A DNA stretch of 64,000 bases from assembly GCA_032161105.1 (NCBI GenBank), contig JAVHTD010000016.1. One strand, written 5' to 3'. The position numbers and the translations under genes are program-made. The notes beneath the pieces are model-generated. The model was not told the DNA's origin. It saw nothing but the letters and a program-made list of their open reading frames with translations, and ran no database searches. Shown one piece after another: positions 9,238-18,697 of this stretch. Within the stretch, counting starts at the first letter, position 1; every line of letters begins with the position of its first letter. This DNA is from Candidatus Thermosaccharophagus tengchongensis (lineage in GTDB: Bacteria; Armatimonadota; Fervidibacteria; Fervidibacterales; Thermosaccharophagaceae).

Positions 9238-11301
9238 ATGCCGAGCCACCCAAAAAGCTCGTTAATGAGGTGTGCAGGATTGCACCATGACAGGCTTTCG
9301 GACAGCCATATTGAGCGCGGCGCCATTGAAACGGGGATAACGGAAACAGGACAGCTCACCTTTGCAAGAGCAACCCCACGCATAGCGTATGTGCTTATCG
9401 TTGCCATCGGATTGAACATACTTTGTGGAATATGGATAAGGCAAGCCGAAATTGTGGTATTGGCAACACAGGTCTCAGAGGCAGTTCCGCCAGTGCCCGC
9501 AATCGGCGTCTTGCTCCTCCTTCTCATCACCAACATGCTGTTAAAGTTAATTCACCCCGCACTCGCGCTCAGCAGGGCTGAAGTGATGCTCGTTTACTTC
9601 TTCACGACGATCGCATCGTCGCTTCCCGGGTGCGGCATCGTGCGCTTCCTGTTTGCGCTCATTGGCACACCAATTTACTATGCATCAGCTGAGAACGAGT
9701 TTGACACCGTCCTTTGGCAAAACCTCCCAAGATGGCTTATACCGATGGACAAGGATGCAATGCGCTCACTTTATCTTTCCTCACCCGCCGGAGTCCCATG
9801 GGGTATATGGCTACCGAAGCTGGCTTGGTGGACGCTCTTCTTCTTGCTCTACTGGATTTGCTCACTTGGGCTTGTGTCGCTGTTTGCAAGGCAATGGTGT
9901 GACAAGGAGAAGCTCGTCTTCCCACTCGTGCAGCTGCCGTTGGAGATAACCAAAATTGAGGGCGGCAAGCTCACCTTCTTCAGGGACAGGCTGATGTGGA
10001 TTGGGTTTATCGCCTCCTCATTCTACAACGCTATGAACATGCTTAACGCTTACTTCCCATCCGTGCCGGCTTTTGGGAAAATGTTTGACATGGGCGCTTC
10101 ATTCGTTGAATCACCTTGGAGGGCGCTACGCCCACTCATCATCTGGTATCGTCCCGAACTCGTCGGATTTGGTTTTCTCGTCCCAACGGATGTCTCACTC
10201 TCAATCTGGCTCTCATACATGCTGATTAAGCTGCAAGCATTCGTCGGAGAGGTGATCGGATACAGGTATCCCGGCTATCCGTTTGCGCAAGAGCAAAGCC
10301 TTGGAGCATACATTGCTATGGCAATTTACCTGCTCTACACGGCTCGCCTTCACATATGGGAGGCATTGATAAGGGCTTTCCGGCACAGCACCGCCGCTCA
10401 TGGCGATGAGCAAAATGAGGTGGCTAACCCGCGCCAATCGCTCATGCTCATCGCTATTGGCTTTATCGGGATGGTGGCATTCGCATCAGCAGCTGGGATG
10501 GCTACTTGGCTTGCATCGCTATACTTTGCGATCGTCATTGCGGTGGCTTTTGTTTACGCACGCATAAGGGCGGAAGTTGGCATACCACTCATTTGGATGT
10601 TCCCATTCTTCCAGCAGAAGCGCTCCATCACATACACGCTTGGGACGAGGAGATTGCTTGAGAGGGGTGGGGTGAAGAGCATGGCAACATTTGCGCTCTT
10701 CACATTTATGGCTCGCGGGTATTATCCGGAGTTGATCGGATACCAGATTGAGGGCGTCAAGATGGCTGATAGCGCCGGCTGGAAGCGAAGCGCCATCATA
10801 CCTTGGAGCATACTCGCTCTCATCATCGGACTGTGGATTGGCTTTTACTTCCATCTCACCCCGTATTACGGCTACGGCGCTGTTAGGCTTCGTGGCGGCA
10901 TATGGGGCACTTGGCTCGCAATGGAGGAATACCGAGCTGTGGTCAGTGCAACGCATATACCATCACCACCGGAGATGCCCAAGGTCATAGCTACGATCGG
11001 CGGCGCAATATGCGTCTCACTATTTGCCGCCATCAGGCTGCTGTTCCTTCAAGTTCCGATACATCCGCTCGGATACGCAATGGCTGGAGCTTATGGCGAC
11101 CTCATCTGGGGACCGTTTTTCATCGTCTGGCTTTTGAAGACGCTCATACTGCGCTATGCTGGCGGGGTAGCTTATAGGAAGTGCATTCCACTCTTCCTCG
11201 GCTTCGCGCTTGGACACTACTTCACCGCCGGGTTGGTCTGGGGGCTGTGGTCTGTGACTGGAGCTGAGGTGTTCTCAAGATATGGAGTGTGGTTCGGATA
11301 A
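9238..11301 (+). CDS. Large polytopic membrane protein, paralog B of the unknown family
   Basis: 687-aa ORF with motifs EKLVFPLVQLPLE, YFPSVPA, LVPTDVSLSIWLSY and IHPLGYA. It is divergent from the URO-D-like gene across a 145-bp gap. Confidence 0.8.
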   Translation: MPSHPKSSLMRCAGLHHDRLSDSHIERGAIETGITETGQLTFARATPRIAYVLIVAIGLNILCGIWIRQAEIVVLATQVSEAVPPVPAIGVLLLLLITNMLLKLIHPALALSRAEVMLVYFFTTIASSLPGCGIVRFLFALIGTPIYYASAENEFDTVLWQNLPRWLIPMDKDAMRSLYLSSPAGVPWGIWLPKLAWWTLFFLLYWICSLGLVSLFARQWCDKEKLVFPLVQLPLEITKIEGGKLTFFRDRLMWIGFIASSFYNAMNMLNAYFPSVPAFGKMFDMGASFVESPWRALRPLIIWYRPELVGFGFLVPTDVSLSIWLSYMLIKLQAFVGEVIGYRYPGYPFAQEQSLGAYIAMAIYLLYTARLHIWEALIRAFRHSTAAHGDEQNEVANPRQSLMLIAIGFIGMVAFASAAGMATWLASLYFAIVIAVAFVYARIRAEVGIPLIWMFPFFQQKRSITYTLGTRRLLERGGVKSMATFALFTFMARGYYPELIGYQIEGVKMADSAGWKRSAIIPWSILALIIGLWIGFYFHLTPYYGYGAVRLRGGIWGTWLAMEEYRAVVSATHIPSPPEMPKVIATIGGAICVSLFAAIRLLFLQVPIHPLGYAMAGAYGDLIWGPFFIVWLLKTLILRYAGGVAYRKCIPLFLGFALGHYFTAGLVWGLWSVTGAEVFSRYGVWFG

Positions 11302-11420
11302 AAGCAGCTTATAAAATGTGGCTCACCTTGGAAGGCGATATTCCAGCCAAATCAAGACTTTGCGTCAGTTGGGCATTTGCTTCCCCACAAAAACACGGAA
11401 ACCCATCGGGGGGTGAAACA

Positions 11421-12899
11421 ATGGGCAGCATGAAATGGCGCAATACGAGGCGAGGCAGCTCAAAGAACAAAAGCACCGATGCTGTGCCGCTATGGGCGGG
11501 CAGGTTCACGGAGAAGCTATCAAGGGAGGCATTTTCATTCTCATCGTCATTCCCTTACGATAAACGCCTGTGGAAGTTTGACATAGCCGCAAGCATAGCG
11601 CATGTGCGCATGCTCGGGGCATGCAATGTGATTTCCGATGGCGAGAGCAAATTGCTCTCAAGCGAGCTTGAAAAAATGATGCGAGAGATAGAGTTGGGCA
11701 AGCTCAAGCTTGAGGGAGAGTATGAGGACATACACTCGTTCGTTGAGAGTGCCCTCACGAAGCGAATTGGTGATGTCGGAAGGAAGCTGCACACGGCGCG
11801 CAGCCGAAATGACCAAGTCGTAACGGATATGAAACTGTGGATGCGCTCAGCGATAGCGAAGCTGTGCGAGGCTATCTGTGAGCTGTGTGAGGCGCTTCTA
11901 TCGGTCTCGCAGAAGCACATTGATTTTCTCATGCCCGGATTTACACACCTGCAACATGCACAACCAATTCGCCTATCGCATCACCTCATGGCTTACTTTT
12001 GGATGATGCAACGGGATGCCGAGAGATTCATGAGCTTACACGAGCGCACAAATTTATCGCCGCTCGGCGCCGGGGCGCTCGCCGGAGTTGATTTCCCGAT
12101 TGACCCACGCATGACCGCAGAGATGCTCGGATTTGACGGGTGTATGCAAAACAGCATTGATGCGGTGAGCGATAGGGACTTCATCATTGAGTTCATTTCG
12201 TGCTGCGCAACCGTGATGATTCACCTGAGCAGGCTCGCAGAAGAACTCGTCCTTTGGAGCGCGCCCGAATTTGGTTTCATCAGGCTGAGCGAATCGCTAT
12301 GCACGGGGAGCAGCATGATGCCACAAAAGCGCAACCCGGATATGGCTGAGTTGATGAGGGCGAGATGCGGCAGGGTCATCGGCGCACTCGTTGCGCTCCT
12401 GACCGCACTGAAAGGCTTACCGCTCTCATACAATCGTGACTTGCAAGAGGACAAGTTGGCTATGTTTGAGGCATTTGATGTCACGCATTCGTCAATTCGC
12501 ATGGCTGCGGCGCTGATCACAACCGCAGAGTTTGACCGTGAGAGGATGCGCTCATCTCTCATCGGCGATTTCTCAACAGCGACCGATTTGGCAAGCGAAC
12601 TTGTGCGCAAAGGTATACCATTCAGGCAAGCACACTCAATTGTCGGGAAAATCATAAGGGAGCTCATCCGGCAAGGCAGGACGCTTGAAGATGTCACAGT
12701 TGATGAACTAAAGCGGCACTGCGATGCGTTTGACGAGGCTTCATTGATGGCTATCAAGCCCGAGGTCTCCGTTGAGAGGCGAGTTGAGTTGAGCGGGACG
12801 GCAAAGGCATCTTTGAGGCGGCAGTTTGCCGAGGGTAAGCGCTTCATCAAGAGGCTGCAAAAGTTTGTTGCCGGGTTGAAATTGTTTGGAGAACCTTAG
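11421..12899 (+). CDS. argH: Argininosuccinate lyase
   Basis: LWAGRF near the N-terminus, then SRNDQV, GFTHLQHAQP and the fumarate-lyase signature GSSMMPQKRNPD. The ORF-track start 11289 overlaps the upstream gene. ATG 11421 follows GGGGGGTGA. Confidence 0.95.
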   Translation: MGSMKWRNTRRGSSKNKSTDAVPLWAGRFTEKLSREAFSFSSSFPYDKRLWKFDIAASIAHVRMLGACNVISDGESKLLSSELEKMMREIELGKLKLEGEYEDIHSFVESALTKRIGDVGRKLHTARSRNDQVVTDMKLWMRSAIAKLCEAICELCEALLSVSQKHIDFLMPGFTHLQHAQPIRLSHHLMAYFWMMQRDAERFMSLHERTNLSPLGAGALAGVDFPIDPRMTAEMLGFDGCMQNSIDAVSDRDFIIEFISCCATVMIHLSRLAEELVLWSAPEFGFIRLSESLCTGSSMMPQKRNPDMAELMRARCGRVIGALVALLTALKGLPLSYNRDLQEDKLAMFEAFDVTHSSIRMAAALITTAEFDRERMRSSLIGDFSTATDLASELVRKGIPFRQAHSIVGKIIRELIRQGRTLEDVTVDELKRHCDAFDEASLMAIKPEVSVERRVELSGTAKASLRRQFAEGKRFIKRLQKFVAGLKLFGEP

Positions 12900-12975
12900 A
12901 ACCTTAAACGGGCAAGGTGTGGGGGTGCTTTAGCCTTGGCTTTTGAACCATCACGGCATCGGTGAGGTGACAGCG

Positions 12976-13854
12976 ATGCAAAAGTTTGCGTTCCGAACTC
13001 AAGCTGTCCCACTCGGATATGAGGGCGTCTCATTACAAGTTGACGGCGTTGAAGTGGTCCGCTACCAAACTGGGATGAATGCATGGCGTCCATTTCTATT
13101 CCCAGTGTTTGGTCCGTCTGGGAGAATGGTCACTCGCATCGGTCATCCGCATGACCCACATGGGCACCGCCATCACTACTCAATCTGGATGGGACACGCC
13201 AATGTCAACGGGCTTAACTTTTGGAGCGATGACACGAACAACAAACAAGTTCATCGGCGCTTCATTGAACTCGGAGATGGCATTGATAGAGCGTGGTGCG
13301 CTGTTGAAATTGATTGGGTGGCAAATGGAGCAAAGCCATTGCTGCGTGAGCGCCGAACAATAGCCATGACATATCCGCGCAAACCCGATGATCACAAAGG
13401 GTTTTGGCTGCTTGACATCGTGAGCGAGTTTGAAGCGCTTGAAGAGACCGTCACCTTCGGTGTAACTCCATTTGGGCTGCTCGGCGTGCGTGTGGCGAAG
13501 TCAATGGGAGTCCGTGACGGTGGCGGACGAGTCATGAACAGTAACGGGCAAATCAATGAGCGCGAGACGATGGCACAAAGGGCGGCATGGTGTGATTATT
13601 CTGGATGGGTGGCTGAGGGCGTTTGGGAGGGCATTTGCATTTTTGACCACCCGCAAAACTTTGACCATCCACCTGCATGGCATGTCCGTGACGATGGCTG
13701 GTTCTGCCCGTCGCACTTCCGCCATATGAGTCTACACATCGCTAAGGGTCACTACGCGAAATTCCGCTACAGGATCGTTATACACAGCACGGGGTTTGAA
13801 AGGGAGGAGCTCAACGAGCTGTATCGCCAGTTTGAAGGGGAGTTCAAAGGTTGA
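12976..13854 (+). CDS. PmoA-like / DUF6807 family protein (no signal peptide seen)
   Basis: Family motif: RPFLFPVFGPSGRMVTRIGHPHDPHGHRHHYSIWMGHANVNGLNFW. It is a paralog of the ORF at 34677. Start refined to ATG 12976, which follows GGTGAGGTGA plus 5 nt. Confidence 0.8.
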   Translation: MQKFAFRTQAVPLGYEGVSLQVDGVEVVRYQTGMNAWRPFLFPVFGPSGRMVTRIGHPHDPHGHRHHYSIWMGHANVNGLNFWSDDTNNKQVHRRFIELGDGIDRAWCAVEIDWVANGAKPLLRERRTIAMTYPRKPDDHKGFWLLDIVSEFEALEETVTFGVTPFGLLGVRVAKSMGVRDGGGRVMNSNGQINERETMAQRAAWCDYSGWVAEGVWEGICIFDHPQNFDHPPAWHVRDDGWFCPSHFRHMSLHIAKGHYAKFRYRIVIHSTGFEREELNELYRQFEGEFKG

Positions 13855-13915
13855 CGATAGTTTGAACCAAGGGTGAGGCATCAGCTGCACTTGCTCCCTT
13901 GACTCGCCGCGCCGT

Positions 13916-14566
13916 TCAATCATGGCACCGGGCGCATAGCTGTTTTGGTGCCGATTTAAGCAAGCCCTTGATGCTGGATGCATGTGTTGAATGGCACATT
14001 GTGCACTGCTCCATAGGTTGCTTTGAATGATGATGCTTCAACTCAAACTCAAGTTCGCTGTGGCATTTATCGCACGCGGATGGAACGAGCGCTTTGCCGA
14101 GGGCTAAACGGCTGTTTTGCTTCTCAACTGCATGACATGAAGTGCATTGAAGCTGCCCCTTCGCTGTTGGCGGATGGGAATACAGCTCCCCCCACCCCTT
14201 CGGTGGTTCTTTCGCACTGCCTCCCTTCACATAGACTGACAGCGTGGCATTGCCAACTTTGACAGCGTTCAACCCCGTAGTCAGCCTGACATGCGCGGCG
14301 AGCACAGGCTGGGCGAAAATTTCGTCCCACGATTGCACGGAGCCGTTGATGAGCAATTCGGGCAGACTGGAATGCCCCTGTGAGTCAACTCTCGTGAGCA
14401 TACAGATGACCGTTACCTCGCTCCTTGAGAGCGTGGAATGGTTTTGCGGGAATATGAACTTCACCGCTACTGGCTCTGCCATCTCCCTCATGCTGAGCGC
14501 TTTTACAAACCCGCCAACAAACGCCAACGGGAACAAAAGGACCGCACAATAGTATCTCACTGGCAC
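13916..14566 (-). CDS. Tetraheme c-type cytochrome (cytochrome c3/c7-like C-terminal module) with an N-terminal signal or anchor
   Basis: Four CXXCH motifs cluster in the last ~80 aa: CTSCH, CDKCH, CTMCH and CARCH, the last one residue from the C-terminus. The N-terminus YYCAVLLFPLAFVGGFV is hydrophobic. Confidence 0.85.
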   Translation of the reverse strand: MPVRYYCAVLLFPLAFVGGFVKALSMREMAEPVAVKFIFPQNHSTLSRSEVTVICMLTRVDSQGHSSLPELLINGSVQSWDEIFAQPVLAAHVRLTTGLNAVKVGNATLSVYVKGGSAKEPPKGWGELYSHPPTAKGQLQCTSCHAVEKQNSRLALGKALVPSACDKCHSELEFELKHHHSKQPMEQCTMCHSTHASSIKGLLKSAPKQLCARCHD

Positions 14567-14572
14567 GCCAAA

Positions 14573-15538
14573 TCACACCTTGCCGTATTTTCTCGTGTAG
14601 TTCGCGTTCTCGGTGACCTCATCTGTGAAGCGTGGATACATGCCCACAATTACGGCGTCCGTTTTCTTGATTTTCTCAAAGGCATACCTGAAGGCACTCT
14701 CAACTTGAGCCTTTGACCAACACTTCCGCCCGGCTGCGAGTATTTTAAATCCGAGGCATGGCTTGTTAACGCTCCTCATAACCGCCGTCATCTCATCGGG
14801 ATCGGATTCAAAGAACGGTTCATCAACTGGCACCTTACCGAGCTGCTTCAACATTTCCTCCCTCGGGCGAGTGACATAGTAGAAGCAACACATGAAGAAG
14901 TCGTTTTCCCAACCCTCATCCATGATGCGTTTAATCACCTCAGGGTTGTGCGCTGACACACCGGCGAGTGCTCCATGGTCATGAACCTTCTTCACGAAGT
15001 CGTGCACCTGCTGCGCCTTGCCAGCCCTGAAAAGCGCGTCTGTGACACCGCCGTGATGGGCTATAGCTATCGGCTTAAGCTTCATCACTTCCCTTATGGG
15101 CACATCCGTTGGGCGCTCCGCATGCAGGCATATAAGCTGTATTTGGCAGCCCCGTTCTCTGGCAATCTGAATGGCTTTGACTGTCTTGTCGGTGTAATCA
15201 AATTGCCATGTGTTGATACCTTGGCGCTCGCAGTGAATGAGGAATTCAGCCGTCCTCTCTGCGGTAAACCACTCGCGCATGTGCACGGACATGTGCCATG
15301 TTGAATGCGAATGCCCACCTATTGGGTTATAGCCGGCTATAAGCCTTGTGACTTTGTATTCTCCGAGCCTGATCGTCGGGAGCAATTCTTTCGCCGGCTC
15401 CTTAGACCAGTGGCTGATTTCCTCATCCTTACCAATAGCTGTCGTTGCGGCGATAGCCAGAGCACCAATGGAAGACAGGAAAGCCCTCCTTGAAGCTGCG
15501 TCTTTGAATTCGGTGACACTGTCAAACTGCTGCCCCAT
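14573..15538 (-). CDS. Tat-exported protein of unknown function (family not recognised)
   Basis: Twin-arginine signal ASRRAFLSSIGALAIAATTAIG. ATG 15538 follows GGAGAGGTGA plus 7 nt. The stop lies 6 nt upstream of the cytochrome gene. Confidence 0.7.
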   Translation of the reverse strand: MGQQFDSVTEFKDAASRRAFLSSIGALAIAATTAIGKDEEISHWSKEPAKELLPTIRLGEYKVTRLIAGYNPIGGHSHSTWHMSVHMREWFTAERTAEFLIHCERQGINTWQFDYTDKTVKAIQIARERGCQIQLICLHAERPTDVPIREVMKLKPIAIAHHGGVTDALFRAGKAQQVHDFVKKVHDHGALAGVSAHNPEVIKRIMDEGWENDFFMCCFYYVTRPREEMLKQLGKVPVDEPFFESDPDEMTAVMRSVNKPCLGFKILAAGRKCWSKAQVESAFRYAFEKIKKTDAVIVGMYPRFTDEVTENANYTRKYGKV

Positions 15539-15635
15539 CGTTAAATCACCTCTCCGAGCGAAAAATGTTTCAATGGCATTGGGCGACCTATCCACAAATT
15601 ATGATCCCTCGGCTCGCTGAGGAGTTCTCCCTCCT

Positions 15636-17603
15636 TCACTCGTTGAATCGGTAAACCTCTTTGTCAAACAGCACCCCGTATAAGTTCCACAGCCCACCGC
15701 TGACGAAATCACCAATGACTAACCCGATGAAGAAATTGCGAGCCGTGTAATAGGCAATGGATGAGCCATATCGTATCACCGCAGCCTTGCACATCCACGC
15801 GATGAACATGGGAAACCAAACCATCTCCATTGACCATGTCCCAGAGACCGCATAGCCGACTGGATGCAATGGAAAGTTGATGAAGTTAGAGCGAAGGAAG
15901 TGAAGCAGCCAGACAAAGCCGCCCCCACCAATGACGAAGCACATCGCACCATAGTTTGGCTTACGCTCAACGCTCAGCCATGGGATGAGATACCAGTTGT
16001 ATGCCTCCCATCCAAAGCCTCTCTGAGCACCGCCGACTTTTGAAGATGCAGCACCAAGACGATAGTATGGGATGAGAAGCGCATAGCATGATGACGGTAT
16101 CCCGAGAAGGATGGCTATCCACAGCGCGAGCCACATTGATTTTCCGATGCCGATACGCTCGCCTATCACGAGCCCTTCCATTGCTGTGGGCATCGGGTGG
16201 CTTCGCTGTGCCCTTGTGAACCAGTAGTAGAGAGTGAAGACTGTCAATGTCTTCGGTGTGAAAGGTTTTGTGCCGACCATCTGAACCATGACCACACCCG
16301 GGTTGGCGAAGTGAAGGTCATGGACTGGCGCCCCAAACTCACCGCGCAGCCTTGCGACAGTTATTGAAACGAGCGCATAGGAGACGAAAAAGATGGTGGC
16401 ATATTGCGGTTGCATCCCCGCATGTATGCTGAACCAAACTGTGAAGGCATACCCAAACACGACAAGCATCCATGCCATCTTCGGCGAAATGACAAATCGC
16501 TCGCCCACGCGCGAGCCGAACTTGAGCGTCTCAACGAGGTGTTTCCTCGCCGTCCAAAGCGTCAGCAAGCCCAAGCCGACATACGCGCCGAAGGATTGCT
16601 CATGTGGGTATGGCGGATTCCCTATACCCCCCGTCGGATAGCCAAATGCAGCCACAATAACACGCTGCATCTTCCAGACGAGATAAAAGAACCAACTTGA
16701 AAAGAGCAAATCGGTCGGGAGAAGGAAGCCAATGCCAATGGCAAATGGGAAGAAGTTAATCGGCGTCCAGCCGAGGGCATTCCACGGGCGCGATGTGATG
16801 TATGTGCCGAGGTTAATCTTGTGGGTGTGCATCTCTGGAACGGACGGAAACATCACATGCAAGTTATTAAGCGTGTTCACAAATGCCGGGATGGCAAAGC
16901 CGAGCCAGAAGAGATTGTTGCGATACATGCCCATTTCGGTTATGTGGAGGGCGAAATGAGCCAAAGGGAAGGAGAGCTTCTCACGCTGCACCCACTGCGG
17001 TATCAACAGGATGCATAGCCCCATGAACATGGCAAGCATAGCGAGCCAAAAGCACCACCACCACGCCAATGGGCGAAGCCATGCAAGAAAGTTCTGTGCC
17101 CTCCAAACTGTGGAGCCACCAACATACATGTCCCGCAGCGCCGCAAAGTCGGTCACCACGATCCAGCTGGGCAAATTCGGCATGATCAAATCCTCGTATC
17201 TATTGGTCGGAGCTTTGAAGTAATGCACATGCCCAATGACTGATAGCAGAACTTGCGATTGGTCATGCCCGACAAGAGCGCTGCCAACACCAAGGGAAAA
17301 ATAAATGACGAGCAGTTCGGCTCGCGTGAATGGCGCTCTCTTGAACGCCATCAGGCAAAGCCTGTTCAACCAATACAGCGCGAGGAGAAGGAGCACAGTG
17401 TTGAAGTAGAGCGAATAAGTCGTAGGATGCCCAGTCCACTTAACAGCCTCCATCCAGCCAACCCAATAGGCATTCAGGGGGATGAGCAGGGCTGAAACTG
17501 CGAAGGCTCTGAGCCGCACAACTTCCCTCTCTTCCAGTTGGCGCAGAAGTTCAACTCGGCTCGCTGTCACGAGTGAACATCTCCGCTGAGTGGGCTCTCG
17601 CAA
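15636..17603 (-). CDS. Large polytopic membrane protein, paralog C of the unknown family
   Basis: 655-aa ORF with motifs EKLSFPLAHFALH, MFPSVPE, LLPTDLLFSSWFFY and LHPVGYA. The ORF-track start is TTG 17603. In-frame GTGs at 17570 and 17519 have better SD context. Confidence 0.8.
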   Translation of the reverse strand: MREPTQRRCSLVTASRVELLRQLEEREVVRLRAFAVSALLIPLNAYWVGWMEAVKWTGHPTTYSLYFNTVLLLLALYWLNRLCLMAFKRAPFTRAELLVIYFSLGVGSALVGHDQSQVLLSVIGHVHYFKAPTNRYEDLIMPNLPSWIVVTDFAALRDMYVGGSTVWRAQNFLAWLRPLAWWWCFWLAMLAMFMGLCILLIPQWVQREKLSFPLAHFALHITEMGMYRNNLFWLGFAIPAFVNTLNNLHVMFPSVPEMHTHKINLGTYITSRPWNALGWTPINFFPFAIGIGFLLPTDLLFSSWFFYLVWKMQRVIVAAFGYPTGGIGNPPYPHEQSFGAYVGLGLLTLWTARKHLVETLKFGSRVGERFVISPKMAWMLVVFGYAFTVWFSIHAGMQPQYATIFFVSYALVSITVARLRGEFGAPVHDLHFANPGVVMVQMVGTKPFTPKTLTVFTLYYWFTRAQRSHPMPTAMEGLVIGERIGIGKSMWLALWIAILLGIPSSCYALLIPYYRLGAASSKVGGAQRGFGWEAYNWYLIPWLSVERKPNYGAMCFVIGGGGFVWLLHFLRSNFINFPLHPVGYAVSGTWSMEMVWFPMFIAWMCKAAVIRYGSSIAYYTARNFFIGLVIGDFVSGGLWNLYGVLFDKEVYRFNE

Positions 17604-17659
17604 CCCCCGATAAGCGATTCAACCAATCGCCCACGCATCCGCTAAAAGATCAAGTTCCA

Positions 17660-18547
17660 TCAACTCACCCCGGAACGAATTATCATTGTGCCGATGCCCT
17701 CGTCAGTGAACAACTCCATCAAGAGCGCATGCGGTATAGCACCGCTGATTATATGCGCTTTCTCAACACCGCCCTTGAGCGCCTCAATGCACGCTTGGAC
17801 TTTCGGGATCATGCCCTCACCTATGACGCCCTCTTCAATCAGTCTGAGAGCATCCTCATCGGTGAGCGTTGAAATCAGCGTCAACTCATCATTCTGGTCA
17901 CGGCATATCCCGCGCACATCGGTAAGCACAATCAACTTCGCCGCATGAATGGCGGCTGCCAACTTGCCAGCAACATGATCGGCATTCAGGTTCAGCGTCT
18001 TGCCATCCTTATCGCTGCCGATTGAAGCGATCACCGGTATATAGCCGTTGTCAATAAGCACCCTTAGGACATCGGTATTGATGCTCTCCACTTCGCCGAC
18101 GAAGCCCAAGTCAACACCTTCGGTCTCGTCTGGGGTCAGGCGGCGAGCGGTGAACAGGTTGCCATCCTTCCCACTTAACCCGATCGCCCTTGCGCCATTT
18201 TGATTGAACAGCTCAACAAGCTCCTTATTCACACTGCCAGTGAGGACCATCTCAACTATCCTGACTGTTTCCTCATCAGTGACTCTCAACCCGCCGACGA
18301 ATTTCGGCTGCTTGCCCATTTGCCTCATCACTTCGTTTATCTCAGGACCTCCGCCGTGAACAAGCACCGGCTTTATCCCGACATAGTGCAACAGGACAAT
18401 GTCAGCAATGACCTGCTTCTTTAACTTCTCGTCAACCATAGCCTTACCGCCATACTTGATCACGATATGCTTCCCGTAAAAGTGCCGTATGTATGGCAAC
18501 GCCTCAATTAACACCTGAGCGCGCTTTTGAAGTTCATCGTTGATCAT
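17660..18547 (-). CDS. argB: Acetylglutamate kinase
   Basis: IVIKYGGKAM, PVLVHGGGPEIN and GGLRVTD, with full-length collinearity to ArgB. Confidence 0.95.
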   Translation of the reverse strand: MINDELQKRAQVLIEALPYIRHFYGKHIVIKYGGKAMVDEKLKKQVIADIVLLHYVGIKPVLVHGGGPEINEVMRQMGKQPKFVGGLRVTDEETVRIVEMVLTGSVNKELVELFNQNGARAIGLSGKDGNLFTARRLTPDETEGVDLGFVGEVESINTDVLRVLIDNGYIPVIASIGSDKDGKTLNLNADHVAGKLAAAIHAAKLIVLTDVRGICRDQNDELTLISTLTDEDALRLIEEGVIGEGMIPKVQACIEALKGGVEKAHIISGAIPHALLMELFTDEGIGTMIIRSGVS

Positions 18548-18697
18548 GCCTCATCACCAACGCGTTCCGAGTTCACCTTATGCATTGGGTAATTAATGAA
18601 GCACCTTGAGCACAACCCCTTTCGCCAAACAAGCTTAACGCACATCATCTCCGCCATCCCAAGTCAACAACCGCAGATTGCTTCCGCTCAGGTTGGT

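Noticed and set aside
11289-11420. The 44-codon N-terminal extension of argH that overlaps the end of membrane paralog B.
   Set aside because: The extension has no ArgH-like sequence. ATG 11421 has a GGGGGGTGA SD and gives an N-terminus that leads into LWAGRF.
12221-12850. A 209-aa minus-strand ORF.
   Set aside because: It is antisense to argH, whose identity is unambiguous. It is Ser-rich and shadow-like.
13868-13901. A hairpin, CAAGGG...CCCTTG, between the convergent DUF6807 and cytochrome genes, considered as a bidirectional terminator.
   Set aside because: The inner pairing is imperfect and there is no U-tract on either side. The evidence is too weak to call.
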